Shown here: one piece after another, positions 62,601 to 64,000 of the stretch
How positions within the stretch are numbered: position 1 is the first letter of the stretch
How the letters are laid out: every line of letters starts with the position of its first letter
NCBI GenBank assembly: GCA_013265495.1
Contig: MU058252.1
Location: forward strand, 2,142,244-2,206,243
DNA from: Vicugna vicugna
Lineage: Eukaryota
DNA length: 64,000 bases
Direction: 5' to 3'
Translations under genes and position numbers: made by a program
Notes under the pieces: generated by a model
What the model saw: the letters and a program-made list of their open reading frames with translations, nothing else
Databases searched by the model: none
Told to the model about the DNA's origin: nothing

Positions 62601-63809
62601 GGCTGGGGGCGTGTGTGGACCCTGAGCGTCTGGCGCCTGCGAGCACACCCTCCCCCGCCTTCTCTGATCTTCCTTCTGCTCGCGCGTTGGCCTCAGACGG
62701 GCAGGGGAGCTTCCCAGATCCGGGGCCCAGGGACTGGCCGTCTCGTGCTGCAGCCTGTGTCTGGGTCGGCGTGAGGAGGCAGGCAGACTGACCACCCGGG
62801 AGTCAGAGCAGGCGTTCAGACCCTTTTAGGAAAACTGAGGGTTCCTGGGGTAGAGAACCGAGCCTCTACGTCTCAAGAGGGCAAAGCAAGGAGAAGGACG
62901 TGCGATCTTTCAGAAAACCGTAAAGTGGCGCTGCTTGCGGGTGCCTGGGTGCTGGGAAGAGTCTGACAGATGAGCTGAGAGGAGACAGCCCGAGTCCGCA
63001 TCGTCCACCGCAGGGCAGCACGCAGCTGTGGTCGTCCCACGCGCGCCGCGCACGCTCTGCTTTCTGAGGGTGCTGACGTTCAGCCCAGTGAGCCCAGCGC
63101 TGTCCCCGCGGAGGGCGACCCCCCACACCTCCCCCTCCTTCACTGCGACTTCACTCTTTTGTTTTCAATTCTTCAAGTCCTATCGCTCGGAGTAGGAAAG
63201 CAAAGAATGGCGGAGAAAAGTCTGTAAACCCCAAGACGACGGTTTTTAAGCACAGGGAGCTCTGCTGGGTCGTCTGACTTGTCACACTGCCGCGCGCACG
63301 GGGTGCCTCACTGAGCCCCATCCGTGTGATGCTGCTCGGTTAGAGATGCTCGGTTTGCCCAACCAGGTCCTTTAATTAAAACCTCGCAGGCTGTGGACCC
63401 CAAAGCACTTTTCAGCGCACATCAGTGCCAGCGCGGAACGATGCTTTAATCCATCGGTGTGCTCTTATAATAGAAAAGCTTCCCTGCCTTTTCCTAAGTA
63501 AAATGCTTTTTTTCCCTAGGCCAGGACTGTAATTCTCTCCCATCAGAATAAAAATACCCAGCAAGAGGTAGAATGATGTCATTTTTGATAATATTTTTAT
63601 TTTTCAATACCCAGAAAAGGGTACAGGAGGACCATCAGCCACTGAATTAGAAGTGGTGCTCTTACTCACACACTTTATATATAGTACAAACGCATCACTG
63701 TGGGTTAATACTGACTCAGCGCTAGGCGTGCCAGGTTCCACTCAGAGCGTACGGGACAGCGTTATGTCGTAGCAGTGCGCGCCTCTCCTCTGACGGCCAA
63801 GACTTGGTC

Positions 63810-63930
63810 TCTTATTTATTCAACAAATATTTGTTAAGTGCCTGCTCAGTGCCACAGCTGAGAGCCAGACAGATACAGGACTTGGAGAGCGTGCAAGTTT
63901 GCAGTCCAGCGAGGAAGACAGATATTCCAC
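63810..63930 (-). mobile_element. L2 3' end
   Basis: 'tatttattcaacaaatatttgttaagtgcctgctcagtgcca'. Confidence 0.7.
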
Positions 63931-63939
63931 AGTCATTAC

Positions 63940-64000
63940 ACTTACAACAGCCAAGACATGGAAACACCCTAAATGTCCATTGACAGATGACTGGATAAAG
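63940..64000 (+). mobile_element. L1 fragment running off the window end
   Basis: 'ttacaacagccaagacatggaaacaccctaaatgtccattgacagatgactggataaag'. Confidence 0.8.

Larger units (their letters stand above)
21403..64000 (+). other. DPP6: Intron 1 of DPP6-K (continues beyond the window)
   Basis: Begins with GTGAGT. I saw no DPP6 exon-2 sequence or other recognisable coding exon downstream. DPP6 is known to have very large 5' introns. Confidence 0.8.

Noticed and set aside
21403..64000. Antisense orientation bias of intronic L1 copies
   Set aside because: About 6 antisense versus 4-5 sense; too few to mean anything.
1..64000. CRISPR array, operon, defence system, intact provirus or other novel multi-gene system
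   Set aside because: Mammalian intergenic and intronic DNA; no repeat-spacer periodicity, gene cluster or intact viral ORFs seen.

Overview
Mammalian genomic DNA, very probably camelid, since it carries two Vic-1-type tRNA-derived SINEs. The only protein-coding exon I can support is the alternative first coding exon of DPP6, isoform DPP6-K (MKEKAMIKTAKMQGNVM, 21352-21402, + strand, GTGAGT donor). It sits in a ~2.6-kb CpG-island promoter (~19720-22320). Bases 1-19.7 kb are repeat-rich upstream DNA, and 21403-64000 is intron 1 with no further recognisable exon. The rest is L1, L2, MIR, LTR (MER21-, MLT1-, MLT2-, ERV1-like), DNA-transposon fossils and simple repeats. Repeat family names come from my recall of consensus sequences and should be confirmed with RepeatMasker/Dfam. 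Nearly all ORF-track entries are spurious or L1 remnants. I found no convincing undescribed multi-gene system. The best leads are regulatory or evolutionary: a strong-Kozak Met-Asp-stop uORF ahead of four in-frame Met codons, a perfect 32-bp Z-DNA/cruciform palindrome in the promoter, paired RFX-like sites, three 5'-inverted (twin-primed) L1 insertions, and signs of AT-to-GC-biased evolution.
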